UHGV virus genome: UHGV-0262902
Origin: a virus
Strand: one strand, 5' to 3'
DNA length: 17,675 bases
Shown: one piece after another, positions 8,860-17,377 of the stretch
Layout: each line of letters begins with the position of its first letter
Numbering within the stretch: position 1 is the first letter of the stretch
Notes under the pieces: model-generated
The model's input: the letters and a program-made list of their open reading frames with translations, nothing else
The model's database searches: none
What the model was told of the DNA's origin: nothing
Program-made: the position numbers and the translations under genes

Positions 8860-8887
8860 TTGATTTGCATTGTGTTTAGTCTAAAAT
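8860..8887 (+). promoter_or_regulatory. Candidate sigma70 promoter for the cargo operon
   Basis: TTGATT at 8860-8865, 16-nt spacer, TAAAAT at 8882-8887, about 50 bp upstream of the cargo gene start. Hexamer match only; other AT-rich matches exist nearby. Confidence 0.3.
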
Positions 8888-8936
8888 TGTGGTGCGAAAA
8901 GACCAATGAAAGTTATTGATAATAAGGAGGAATCAA

Positions 8937-9722
8937 ATGTCAGGAATAAGATGGTTGGATAAAAAAGATTTAATCCTTAAAGGAATAAATGAAGGCACCT
9001 ACCCAGAATCAGTTTACAAGTTCAGAACTATAGATAAAGCCTGTGATATTCTTCAAAAAAAAGAATTTTACTTTTCATCAGCGGAAAATTTTAATGATCC
9101 ATTTGATTGTATGCTGGATGAGGAAAAAGAATACTCTTTATCAGACTTTACTTGTTGGTTATATTCATATCAGAATGGATTAACCAAGAAGGCAAAGCAG
9201 AACTTAATAGATGTGTATAAAGAAAACAGCCAAGCATTTAATGATCTAGTTAAAAATATAAAAACAAAAGCCGTCAATGCCCATGGCATTTTATCGCTAT
9301 CTAAAACTAATGAAAATGTTCTTTTATGGTCTCATTATGCGGAGAACCATACCGGAGTTGCTATAAAACTCAATATTGCTAAGGATCCAGAGTTCTTTAT
9401 AACCCCCCAAAACATAGTATATATGAAGCAATATATTCCATTAAATTATCTTAGAGACCCTAAAAAATCAATACTCGACACACTCTCTACGAAATCAATG
9501 GATTGGAATTATGAAGAGGAGATTAGAGTTTATAAAAGTAATATTGGAGCCTATAAGATTAAGCCAGAGGCAATAACTGATGTTTTTTTTGGTTTGAAAA
9601 CGCTGGAACAGGATATTGCAAAAATCAAAAATATATGTAGTGAAAATGGTCTAAGCCATGTGAAGTTTCATCGGGCTGAAAAAAAATATGGAGAATTTGC
9701 GCTACGTTTTAATCCTATTTGA
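8937..9722 (+). CDS. Cargo protein A: DUF2971-like protein of unknown function (261 aa)
   Basis: Consensus SD AAGGAGG at 8924-8930, 6-nt spacer, ATG 8937. AT-rich codon usage. Motifs YKFR (27-30), FYFSSAENFNDPFDC (44-58) and LLWSHYAENHTGVAIK (129-144) resemble the DUF2971 signature as I remember it; no characterised function is known to me. Confidence 0.7.
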   Translation: MSGIRWLDKKDLILKGINEGTYPESVYKFRTIDKACDILQKKEFYFSSAENFNDPFDCMLDEEKEYSLSDFTCWLYSYQNGLTKKAKQNLIDVYKENSQAFNDLVKNIKTKAVNAHGILSLSKTNENVLLWSHYAENHTGVAIKLNIAKDPEFFITPQNIVYMKQYIPLNYLRDPKKSILDTLSTKSMDWNYEEEIRVYKSNIGAYKIKPEAITDVFFGLKTLEQDIAKIKNICSENGLSHVKFHRAEKKYGEFALRFNPI

Positions 9723-9808
9723 CTTTTCTATTTAGTAGTTAAATGATAGTGCATTACGGGCCAATTAAATTTAATTCTATGGTTGTGTAGACAATAAAAG
9801 GTAACTAG

Positions 9809-10294
9809 ATGAATCAAGATGAGTTAAAAAATTTTTGTGTTGATGTGCGTGAAGCACTTGAGAAGATGACCAAAAAAGATCATTCACGGCTGTCATCCTT
9901 TAGAAATTCGAACTTTCCAGTGGGATGCTGCGGAGATACATCGAAACTGCTTGCTTATTTGCTTTATCAGCAATTCGGGATAGTCTCTGAAGTACTCGCA
10001 GGATATTACTATGAATCTGATCATAAGTCCCCCGCCAGCGGTCTTTCAAACGGTAATTCACATGCTTGGCTTGTCGTGGATGGAATGATTGTTGATTTGA
10101 CTGCAGATCAGTTCAACGACCGGGGATATAACAATCTTCCCGTCATGATTACATCAGACACTAGGTTTCATGACCTCTTTGCCAATCGTAATGCCTCGTT
10201 TCAACCTTCTCAAGGTAATGAAATTATTCTACCTGATATTCTAAAAATGACAGCATCACATGTGCAGCAAAGGCTTAAAGAGCGAGGTTGGTAA
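9809..10294 (+). CDS. Cargo protein B: small protein with transglutaminase/papain-like Cys-His-Asp motif arrangement (161 aa)
   Basis: ATG 9809 after a weak AAGG; AT-rich. Motifs G-C-C-G-D (Cys40/41), S-H-A-W-LVVDG (His85) and VDLTADQ (Asp96/Asp100) appear in the order and spacing typical of transglutaminase-like cysteine peptidase cores. Assignment is motif-based only. Confidence 0.6.
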   Translation: MNQDELKNFCVDVREALEKMTKKDHSRLSSFRNSNFPVGCCGDTSKLLAYLLYQQFGIVSEVLAGYYYESDHKSPASGLSNGNSHAWLVVDGMIVDLTADQFNDRGYNNLPVMITSDTRFHDLFANRNASFQPSQGNEIILPDILKMTASHVQQRLKERGW

Positions 10295-10613
10295 TGCGGG
10301 TGCAGCAGAATCTAAAGCTGATACTTAAAATTATATAGGAAGAGCATAAACTTATCCTAAATCTGGCTGTAATAGATCCTTTCATATATCGGCCAGATTA
10401 ATATGAAGTAATCCAAATTAGTGTCTGAAAATATAATCAGCTCCATAACAATAGATTTATCGCTTAAAAATAACGTCAACATGAGGGTAGAAAACATCCC
10501 TAAAGATAAGTCTGGTCTAACCTTTGCTCCTCGCTCAAAGCAGACTGTCAGAATTGATAGCGTTTGGGCTATGTAAATTGTCAGTCGGAAAATGAGTGAG
10601 TACAAATCAGGAC

Positions 10614-10641
10614 AGGCGGGCGAATTGCCCGCCTTTTCTTT
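10614..10641 (+). terminator. Rho-independent terminator closing the cargo region, upstream of FI
   Basis: Stem GGCGGGC (10615-10621), loop GAATT, stem GCCCGCC (10627-10633), then TTTTCTTT. The reverse strand lacks a T-run, so it is oriented for the + strand. Confidence 0.7.
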
Positions 10642-10737
10642 ATCTGTTGTTTCATCCACTGACCAGTCAGGTCAAATAGCGTCTCATGCTCTGCACAACA
10701 GAAAATAGTTGCACCCATTAACCACGGAGTTAAACGG

Positions 10738-11928
10738 ATGAGTGACTATCATCACGGCGTGCAGGTTCTGGAAATTAACGACGGCACCCGTGTCATTTCC
10801 ACCGTATCCACTGCCATTGTCGGCATGGTCTGCACGGCCAGCGATGCGGATGCGGAAACCTTCCCCCTCAATAAACCTGTGCTGATTACCAATGTGCAGA
10901 GCGCAATTGCAAAGGCCGGTAAAAAAGGCACGCTGGCGGCATCGTTGCAGGCCATCGCCGACCAGTCAAAACCGGTCACCGTTGTCGTGCGTGTGGAAGA
11001 CGGCACCGGCGACGATGAAGAAACGAAACTCGCGCAGACCGTGTCCAATATCATCGGCACCACCGACGAAAACGGCCAGTACACCGGACTGAAAGCCCTG
11101 CTGGCGGCGGAGTCGGTAACCGGTGTTAAACCGCGTATTCTCGGAGTGCCGGGACTGGATACCAAAGAGGTGGCTGTTGCACTGGCATCAGTCTGTCAGA
11201 AGCTGCGCGCTTTCGGGTATATCAGCGCATGGGGCTGTAAGACCATTTCCGAGGTGAAAGCCTACCGCCAGAATTTCAGCCAGCGTGAGCTGATGGTCAT
11301 CTGGCCGGATTTCCTCGCATGGGATACGGTCACCAGTACCACCGCCACCGCGTATGCCACCGCCCGTGCGCTGGGTCTGCGTGCCAAAATCGACCAGGAG
11401 CAGGGCTGGCATAAAACGCTGTCCAACGTCGGGGTGAACGGTGTTACCGGCATCAGCGCATCTGTATTCTGGGATTTGCAGGAGTCCGGCACCGATGCTG
11501 ACCTGCTTAACGAGTCAGGCGTCACAACACTGATTCGCCGTGACGGTTTCCGCTTCTGGGGTAACCGTACCTGCTCTGATGACCCGCTGTTCCTCTTTGA
11601 AAACTACACCCGCACCGCACAGGTACTGGCCGACACGATGGCGGAGGCGCACATGTGGGCGGTGGACAAGCCCATCACCGCAACGCTGATTCGTGACATC
11701 GTTGACGGCATCAATGCCAAATTCCGTGAGCTGAAAACAAACGGCTATATCGTGGATGCGACCTGCTGGTTTAGCGAAGAATCCAACGATGCGGAAACCC
11801 TCAAGGCCGGAAAACTGTATATCGACTACGACTATACCCCGGTGCCTCCTCTTGAAAACCTGACCCTGCGCCAGCGTATCACCGATAAATACCTGGCAAA
11901 TCTGGTCACCTCGGTTAACAGCAATTAA
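10738..11928 (+). CDS. FI: Tail sheath protein gpFI (396 aa)
   Basis: GGAG at 10726-10729 before ATG 10738; length matches P2 FI; followed by the tail tube gene. Confidence 0.9.
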   Translation: MSDYHHGVQVLEINDGTRVISTVSTAIVGMVCTASDADAETFPLNKPVLITNVQSAIAKAGKKGTLAASLQAIADQSKPVTVVVRVEDGTGDDEETKLAQTVSNIIGTTDENGQYTGLKALLAAESVTGVKPRILGVPGLDTKEVAVALASVCQKLRAFGYISAWGCKTISEVKAYRQNFSQRELMVIWPDFLAWDTVTSTTATAYATARALGLRAKIDQEQGWHKTLSNVGVNGVTGISASVFWDLQESGTDADLLNESGVTTLIRRDGFRFWGNRTCSDDPLFLFENYTRTAQVLADTMAEAHMWAVDKPITATLIRDIVDGINAKFRELKTNGYIVDATCWFSEESNDAETLKAGKLYIDYDYTPVPPLENLTLRQRITDKYLANLVTSVNSN

Positions 11929-11940
11929 GGAGCCTGACCG

Positions 11941-12459
11941 ATGGCAATGCCGCGCAAACTCAAGTTAATGAACGTCTTTCTGAACGGCTACAGCTATCAG
12001 GGCGTTGCAAAGTCCGTCACGCTGCCAAAACTGACCCGTAAGCTCGAAAACTATCGCGGTGCGGGGATGAACGGCAGCGCACCAGTAGACCTCGGCCTTG
12101 ATGACGATGCGCTGTCAATGGAGTGGTCGCTCGGGGGCTTCCCGGATTCGGTTATCTGGGAGCTTTACGCCGCAACCGGCGTGGATGCCGTGCCGATTCG
12201 TTTTGCAGGCTCTTATCAGCGTGACGATACCGGCGAAACGGTGGCCGTCGAAGTGGTCATGCGTGGCCGTCAGAAAGAAATCGACACCGGTGAGGGTAAA
12301 CAGGGAGAAGACACCGAGTCGAAAATCTCCGTGGTCTGCACCTATTTCCGGCTGACGATGGACGGTAAGGAGCTGGTCGAAATCGACACCATCAACATGA
12401 TTGAGAAGGTGAACGGCGTCGACCGGCTGGAGCAACACCGCCGCAATATCGGCCTGTGA
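11941..12459 (+). CDS. FII: Tail tube protein gpFII (172 aa)
   Basis: Length and position match P2 FII directly after the sheath gene. Confidence 0.9.
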   Translation: MAMPRKLKLMNVFLNGYSYQGVAKSVTLPKLTRKLENYRGAGMNGSAPVDLGLDDDALSMEWSLGGFPDSVIWELYAATGVDAVPIRFAGSYQRDDTGETVAVEVVMRGRQKEIDTGEGKQGEDTESKISVVCTYFRLTMDGKELVEIDTINMIEKVNGVDRLEQHRRNIGL

Positions 12460-12515
12460 TTTTCATCCGGTCAGCCTGGCTGACCGGTTAACCCTGATTC
12501 AGAAGTGAGAAAACC

Positions 12516-12791
12516 ATGAACAAAGAAAATGTGATTACCCTGGACAATCCGGTCAAGCGTGGTGAGCAGGTTATCGAACAGGTCACGCTGATGAAACCCA
12601 ATGCCGGGACGCTGCGCGGTGTCAGTCTGGCTGCGGTCGCAAACTCCGAAGTCGATGCACTGATTAAAGTGCTGCCGCGCATGACGGCACCGATGCTGAC
12701 TGAGCAGGAGGTCGCCGCGCTGGAGCTGCCTGACCTTGTGGCGCTGGCCGGTAAGGTGGTCGGTTTTTTGTCGCCGAACTCGGTGCAGTGA
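12516..12791 (+). CDS. E: Tail assembly chaperone gpE (91 aa)
   Basis: Small ORF just upstream of the tape-measure gene, with a slippery T-run near its 3' end; length matches P2 E. Confidence 0.85.
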   Translation: MNKENVITLDNPVKRGEQVIEQVTLMKPNAGTLRGVSLAAVANSEVDALIKVLPRMTAPMLTEQEVAALELPDLVALAGKVVGFLSPNSVQ

Positions 12792-12943
12792 CGTTTCCGA
12801 AAAATCTCTCGGTCGATGACCTGATGGCGGATGTGGCAGTGATATTTCACTGGCCGCCATCAGAACTGTATCCCATGAGCCTGACCGAACTCATCACATG
12901 GCGCGAAAAGGCGCTCCGGCGAAGCGGAAACACGAATGAGTAA
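12516..12943 (+). CDS. E+E': E+E' frameshift-extended tail assembly chaperone (142 aa, -1 frameshift at 12764-12770)
   Basis: Heptamer T_TTT_TTG at 12764-12770 in the E frame; the -1 frame is open from 12770 to TAA at 12941-12943 (57 codons, ending ...REKALRRSGNTNE), overlapping the T start by 8 nt. 85 + 57 = 142 aa, the size I recall for P2 E+E'. Confidence 0.75.
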
Positions 12944-15383
12944 CAATGTAAAATTACAGGTATTACTCAGGGCTGTTGACCAGGCATCCCGCCCGTTTAA
13001 ATCCATCCGCACAGCGAGCAAATCGCTGTCGGGGGATATCCGGGAAACACAAAAATCACTGCGCGAGCTGAACGGTCAGGCATCCCGTATTGAGGGATTT
13101 CGCAAGACCAGTGCACAGCTCGCCGTGACTGGTCATGCACTTGAAAAGGCACGGCAGGAAGCCGAAGCCCTTGCCACACAGTTTAAAAACACCGAACGTC
13201 CGACCCGTGCTCAGGCGAAAGTGCTGGAATCCGCAAAGCGTGCGGCGGAGGACTTACAGGCAAAATATAACCGCCTGACGGATTCCGTTAAACGCCAGCA
13301 GCGGGAACTGGCCACTGTGGGAATTAATACCCGCAATCTTGCACATGATGAGCAGGGACTGAAAAACCGTATCAGTGAAACCACCGCACAGCTTAACCGT
13401 CAGCGTGACGCGCTGGCGCGTGTCAGTGCGCAACAGGCAAAACTTAACGCAGTCAAACAGCGTTATCAAGCCGGAAAGGAACTGGCCGGAAATATGGCCT
13501 CAGTGGGCGCTGCCGGTGTGGGGATTGCTGCTGCGGGAACGATGGCCGGTGTTAAGCTGCTGATGCCCGGTTATGAGTTTGCGCAGAAAAACTCAGAATT
13601 GCAGGCCGTGCTAGGTGTGGCAAAAGACTCCGCCGAAATGGCTGCACTCCGCAAGCAGGCGCGCCAGCTCGGCGACAATACCGCAGCCTCGGCAGATGAT
13701 GCAGCCGGTGCACAGATTATCATTGCGAAAGCGGGTGGAGATGCTGCGGCTATTCAGGCAGCAACGCCGGTCACACTGAATATGGCACTGGCAAACCAGC
13801 GGTCGATGGAAGAAAACGCGCAACTGTTGCTGGGGACTAAGGCATCCTTTCAACTGTCAAATGATGATGTCAGCCATGTGGGCGACGTGTTGTCGGCAAC
13901 GATGAATAAGTCGGCGGCTGATTTTCAGGGACTCAGTGATGCACTGACTTACCTCGGCCCGGTTGCGAGGACGGCAGATGTAAGTCTTGAGCAGGCAGCG
14001 GCCATGACCGGTGTGCTGCATGACAATAACATCAGGGGGTCAATGGCGGGTACGGGTAGCAGTGCCGTTGTCACCCGATTACAGGCACCGACTGGAAAAG
14101 CATGGGATGCACTCAAAGAGCTTGGCGTTAAAACCTCGGACAAAAAGGGAAATATGCGTCCGTTGTTCACCATTCTGAAAGAGATTCAGGCCAGCTTTGA
14201 TAAGCATAAGCTGGGAACGTCTCAGAAGGGGGAATACCTTAAAACCATTTTTGGTGAGGAAGCCCTGAAATCAGCGAACGTTTTACTGGCAGCGGCAGCA
14301 AGCGGAAAACTGGATACGCTGACCGCCACGCTGAAAGCCTCGGACGGTAAAACGGAAGAGCTGGTTAAAATCATGCAGGATAACCTCGGCGGTGACTTTA
14401 AGGAGTTTCAGTCCGCTTATGAGGCGGTGGGGACTGACCTGTTTGACCAGCAGGAAGGCGCACTGCGTAAGCTCACTCAGACGGCCACAAAGTATGTGTT
14501 AAAACTCGACGGCTGGATCCAGAAAAACAAATCACTGGCGTCAACCATCGGTCTCATTGTCGGTGGCGCGCTGGCGCTTATTGGCATCATCGGTGCCATT
14601 GGTCTTGTAGCCTGGCCGGTTATCACCGGCATCAATGCCATTATCGCGGCAGCAGGCGCAATGGGGGCAATCTTCACGACGGTTGGCAGTGCTGTTATGA
14701 CGGCCATCGGGGCGATTAGCTGGCCGGTTGTGGCCGTGGTGGCCGCCATTGTCGCCGGGGCGTTGCTTATCCATAAATACTGGGAGCCTGTCAGCGCATT
14801 CTTTGGCGGTGTGGTTGAAGGGCTGAAAGCGGCATTTGCGCCGGTGGGGGAACTGTTCACGCCACTGAAGCCGGTGTTTGACTGGCTGGGCGAAAAGTTA
14901 CAGGCCGCGTGGCAGTGGTTTAAAAACCTGATTGCCCCGGTCAAAGCCACCCAGGACACCCTGAACCGTTGCCGTGACACGGGCGTCATGTTCGGGCAGG
15001 CACTGGCTGACGCGCTGATGCTGCCGCTTAATGCGTTCAACAAACTGCGCAGCGGTATAGACTGGGTACTGGAAAAACTCGGGGTTATCAACAAAGAGTC
15101 AGACACACTTGACCAGACCGCCGCCAGAACTCATGCCGCCACGTATGGCACCGGTGGTTATATTCCGGCGACCAGCTCTTATGCAGCCTATCAGGCTTAT
15201 CAGCCGGTCACGGCACCGGCTGGCCGCTCTTATGTGGACCAGAGTAAAAACGAATATCACATCAGTCTGACGGGCGGTACTGCGCCTGGGACTCAGCTCG
15301 ACCGCCAGTTACAGGATGCGCTCGAAAAATACGAGCGGGATAAACGTGCGCGCGCCCGTGCCAGCATGATGCATGACGGTTAA
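12936..15383 (+). CDS. T: Tail tape measure protein gpT (815 aa)
   Basis: Long protein with a charged helical N-terminal half and Gly/Ala-rich hydrophobic segments near the C-terminus (e.g. IGLIVGGALALIGIIGAIGLVAWPVITG); length matches P2 T. Confidence 0.9.
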   Translation: MSNNVKLQVLLRAVDQASRPFKSIRTASKSLSGDIRETQKSLRELNGQASRIEGFRKTSAQLAVTGHALEKARQEAEALATQFKNTERPTRAQAKVLESAKRAAEDLQAKYNRLTDSVKRQQRELATVGINTRNLAHDEQGLKNRISETTAQLNRQRDALARVSAQQAKLNAVKQRYQAGKELAGNMASVGAAGVGIAAAGTMAGVKLLMPGYEFAQKNSELQAVLGVAKDSAEMAALRKQARQLGDNTAASADDAAGAQIIIAKAGGDAAAIQAATPVTLNMALANQRSMEENAQLLLGTKASFQLSNDDVSHVGDVLSATMNKSAADFQGLSDALTYLGPVARTADVSLEQAAAMTGVLHDNNIRGSMAGTGSSAVVTRLQAPTGKAWDALKELGVKTSDKKGNMRPLFTILKEIQASFDKHKLGTSQKGEYLKTIFGEEALKSANVLLAAAASGKLDTLTATLKASDGKTEELVKIMQDNLGGDFKEFQSAYEAVGTDLFDQQEGALRKLTQTATKYVLKLDGWIQKNKSLASTIGLIVGGALALIGIIGAIGLVAWPVITGINAIIAAAGAMGAIFTTVGSAVMTAIGAISWPVVAVVAAIVAGALLIHKYWEPVSAFFGGVVEGLKAAFAPVGELFTPLKPVFDWLGEKLQAAWQWFKNLIAPVKATQDTLNRCRDTGVMFGQALADALMLPLNAFNKLRSGIDWVLEKLGVINKESDTLDQTAARTHAATYGTGGYIPATSSYAAYQAYQPVTAPAGRSYVDQSKNEYHISLTGGTAPGTQLDRQLQDALEKYERDKRARARASMMHDG

Positions 15384-15397
15384 GGAGGTGACGAAAA

Positions 15398-15877
15398 ATG
15401 ATGCTCGCGTTAGGTATGTTTGTTTTTATGCGCCAGACGCTGCCACACCAGACCATGCAGCGTGAATCAGATTATCGCTGGCCGTCAAATTCCCGTATCG
15501 GTAAACGGGAGGCCTACCAGTTTCTCGGTGTGGGTGAGGAAAACATCACGCTTGCCGGTGTGCTTTATCCCGAACTGACCGGCGGCAAGCTGACGATGAC
15601 CACGCTCAGGCTGATGGCAGAGGAAGGCCGGGCGTGGCCGTTGCTGGATGGCACCGGCATGATTTACGGCATGTATGTCATCAGCAGGGTGAGTGAAACA
15701 GGGAGTATTTTCTTTGCAGACGGCACACCCCGGAAAATTGATTTTACGCTGTCTCTCACCCGCGTTGATGAATCACTGGTCGCGCTTTATGGCGATATCG
15801 GTAAACAGGCGGAGTCGCTCATCGGTAAGACCGGCAGTATGGCGACCAGATTCACGGGTATGACGGGGGCAGGATAA
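15398..15877 (+). CDS. U: Tail protein gpU (159 aa)
   Basis: GGAGG at 15384-15388 before ATG 15398; length and position match P2 U. Confidence 0.85.
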   Translation: MMLALGMFVFMRQTLPHQTMQRESDYRWPSNSRIGKREAYQFLGVGEENITLAGVLYPELTGGKLTMTTLRLMAEEGRAWPLLDGTGMIYGMYVISRVSETGSIFFADGTPRKIDFTLSLTRVDESLVALYGDIGKQAESLIGKTGSMATRFTGMTGAG

Positions 15878-17040
15878 TGCTGGATGCGCTGACATTTGAT
15901 GCAGGCAGTACGCTGACGCCGGATTACATGCTGATGCTCGACAGCAGGGATATTACCGGCAATATCAGCGACCGTCTGATGAGCATGACTCTGACGGATA
16001 ACCGGGGCTTTGAAGCTGACCAGCTTGATATTGAACTGAACGATGCCGACGGGCAGGTCGGGCTGCCGGTTCGTGGCGCTGTCCTGACGGTGTATATCGG
16101 CTGGAAAGGTTTTGCCCTGGTATGCAAAGGGAAATTTACCGTTGATGAGGTTGAACACCGGGGCGCACCGGATGTGGTCACCATCCGCGCCCGGAGTGCA
16201 GATTTTCGCGGGACGCTCAATTCCCGCCGTGAAGGCTCCTGGCATGACACCACGCTCGGTGCGATTGTTGAGGCGATAGCCTCCCGTAACAGGCTGGAAG
16301 CCAGTGTCGCTCCGTCACTGGCCGGAATTAAAATCCCGCATATCGACCAGTCGCAGGAGTCTGATGCAAAATTCCTGACCCGCCTTGCTGAACGCAACGG
16401 CGGTGAAGTGTCGGTAAAAATGGGAAAATTGTTGTTTCTCAAAGCGGGGCAGGGGGTGACGGCCAGCGGTAAAAAAATCCCGCAGGTTACCATCACCCGC
16501 AGCGACGGCGACCGTCATCATTTTGCGATTGCTGACCGTGGAGCCTACACCGGCGTAACGGCAAAGTGGTTACACACCAAAGACCCGAAGCCACAAAAGC
16601 AGAAGGTAAAACTGAAACGCAAAAAGAAAGAGAAACACCTGCGCGCACTGGAGCACCCGAAAGCGAAACCGGTCACGCAGAAGAAAGCGCCAAAAGTACC
16701 GGAAGCGCGCGAAGGTGAATACATGGCCGGTGAGGCTGACAATGTTTTTGCCCTGACCACGGTATATGCCACGAAAGCGCAGGCCATGCGCGCCGCTCAG
16801 GCGAAGTGGGATAAACTGCAACGGGGCGTTGCGGAGTTCTCCATCAGCCTGGCTACCGGTCGGGCAGATATTTACACGGAAACACCGGTTAAGGTGTCAG
16901 GCTTTAAGCGCGTCATAGACGAGCAGGACTGGACAATCACTAAGGTGACACATTTTCTGAATAATAGCGGCTTCACGACGTCCTTAGAGCTTGAGGTCAG
17001 GCTTTCTGATGTGGAGTACGAAACAGAAGATGATGAGTGA
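15877..17040 (+). CDS. D: Tail protein gpD (late control D family; 387 aa)
   Basis: Start overlaps the U stop (TAATG); length matches P2 D; contains a Lys-rich low-complexity segment. Confidence 0.85.
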   Translation: MLDALTFDAGSTLTPDYMLMLDSRDITGNISDRLMSMTLTDNRGFEADQLDIELNDADGQVGLPVRGAVLTVYIGWKGFALVCKGKFTVDEVEHRGAPDVVTIRARSADFRGTLNSRREGSWHDTTLGAIVEAIASRNRLEASVAPSLAGIKIPHIDQSQESDAKFLTRLAERNGGEVSVKMGKLLFLKAGQGVTASGKKIPQVTITRSDGDRHHFAIADRGAYTGVTAKWLHTKDPKPQKQKVKLKRKKKEKHLRALEHPKAKPVTQKKAPKVPEAREGEYMAGEADNVFALTTVYATKAQAMRAAQAKWDKLQRGVAEFSISLATGRADIYTETPVKVSGFKRVIDEQDWTITKVTHFLNNSGFTTSLELEVRLSDVEYETEDDE

Positions 17041-17121
17041 TGTTTTTATTTTATCCGTTTGTTTTATAAGGATAAATTAACTAAAATGGCACCATCAACA
17101 AAACCGGAAGAGGTGCTCGCG

Positions 17122-17340
17122 ATGTTTCATTGTCCTTTATGCCAGCATGCCGCACATGCGCGTACAAGCCGCTATATTATTGACACGACAAAAGAGCGTT
17201 ATCACCAGTGTCAGAACGTGAATTGCAGCGCCACGTTCATCACTTATGAGTCGGTACAGCGATACATCGTGAAGCCGGGAGAAGTCCACGCCGTAAGACC
17301 GCACCCGTTGCCGTCAGGGCAGCAAATTATGTGGATGTAA
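17122..17340 (+). CDS. ogr: Ogr, zinc-finger late-gene transcription activator (72 aa)
   Basis: GGAAGAGG at 17106-17113 before ATG 17122; product MFHCPLCQHAAHARTSRY...CQNVNCSATF has a four-Cys arrangement and matches P2 Ogr from memory. The ORF-track start at 17059 is a TTG extension. Confidence 0.85.
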   Translation: MFHCPLCQHAAHARTSRYIIDTTKERYHQCQNVNCSATFITYESVQRYIVKPGEVHAVRPHPLPSGQQIMWM

Positions 17341-17351
17341 TTACATACAGG

Positions 17352-17377
17352 AAGCCCCTCAGTCGAGGGGCTTTTTT
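17352..17377 (+). terminator. Rho-independent terminator after ogr
   Basis: Stem AAGCCCCTC (17352-17360), loop AGTC, stem GAGGGGCTT (17365-17373), followed by a six-T run. Confidence 0.75.

Noticed and set aside
8916-8936. Upstream TTG start (MIIRRNQ...) for cargo gene A
   Set aside because: Those codons are the translation of the AAGGAGG Shine-Dalgarno itself; ATG 8937 is the real start.
10481-10579. 32-codon + strand ORF (MRVENIPKDKSGL...) in the cargo gap
   Set aside because: No ribosome-binding site and too short to support from sequence alone.
10357-10659. 100-codon minus-strand ORF in the cargo region
   Set aside because: Needs a GTG start and its first ~15 codons are encoded by the + strand terminator hairpin; no credible SD. 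Kept only as a possible small peptide in the findings.
14477-15106. 209-codon antisense ORF inside T
   Set aside because: Typical GC-rich antisense open frame; T on the + strand is full length with the expected tape-measure features.
15787-16496. Antisense ORFs (15787-16245, 15924-16496) overlapping D
   Set aside because: No start signals and opposite to an intact, correctly sized D gene.
17059-17121. Longer ogr ORF from TTG 17059 or ATG 17086
   Set aside because: ATG 17122 has the better SD (GGAAGAGG) and yields the 72-aa MFHCPLCQ... zinc-finger protein.
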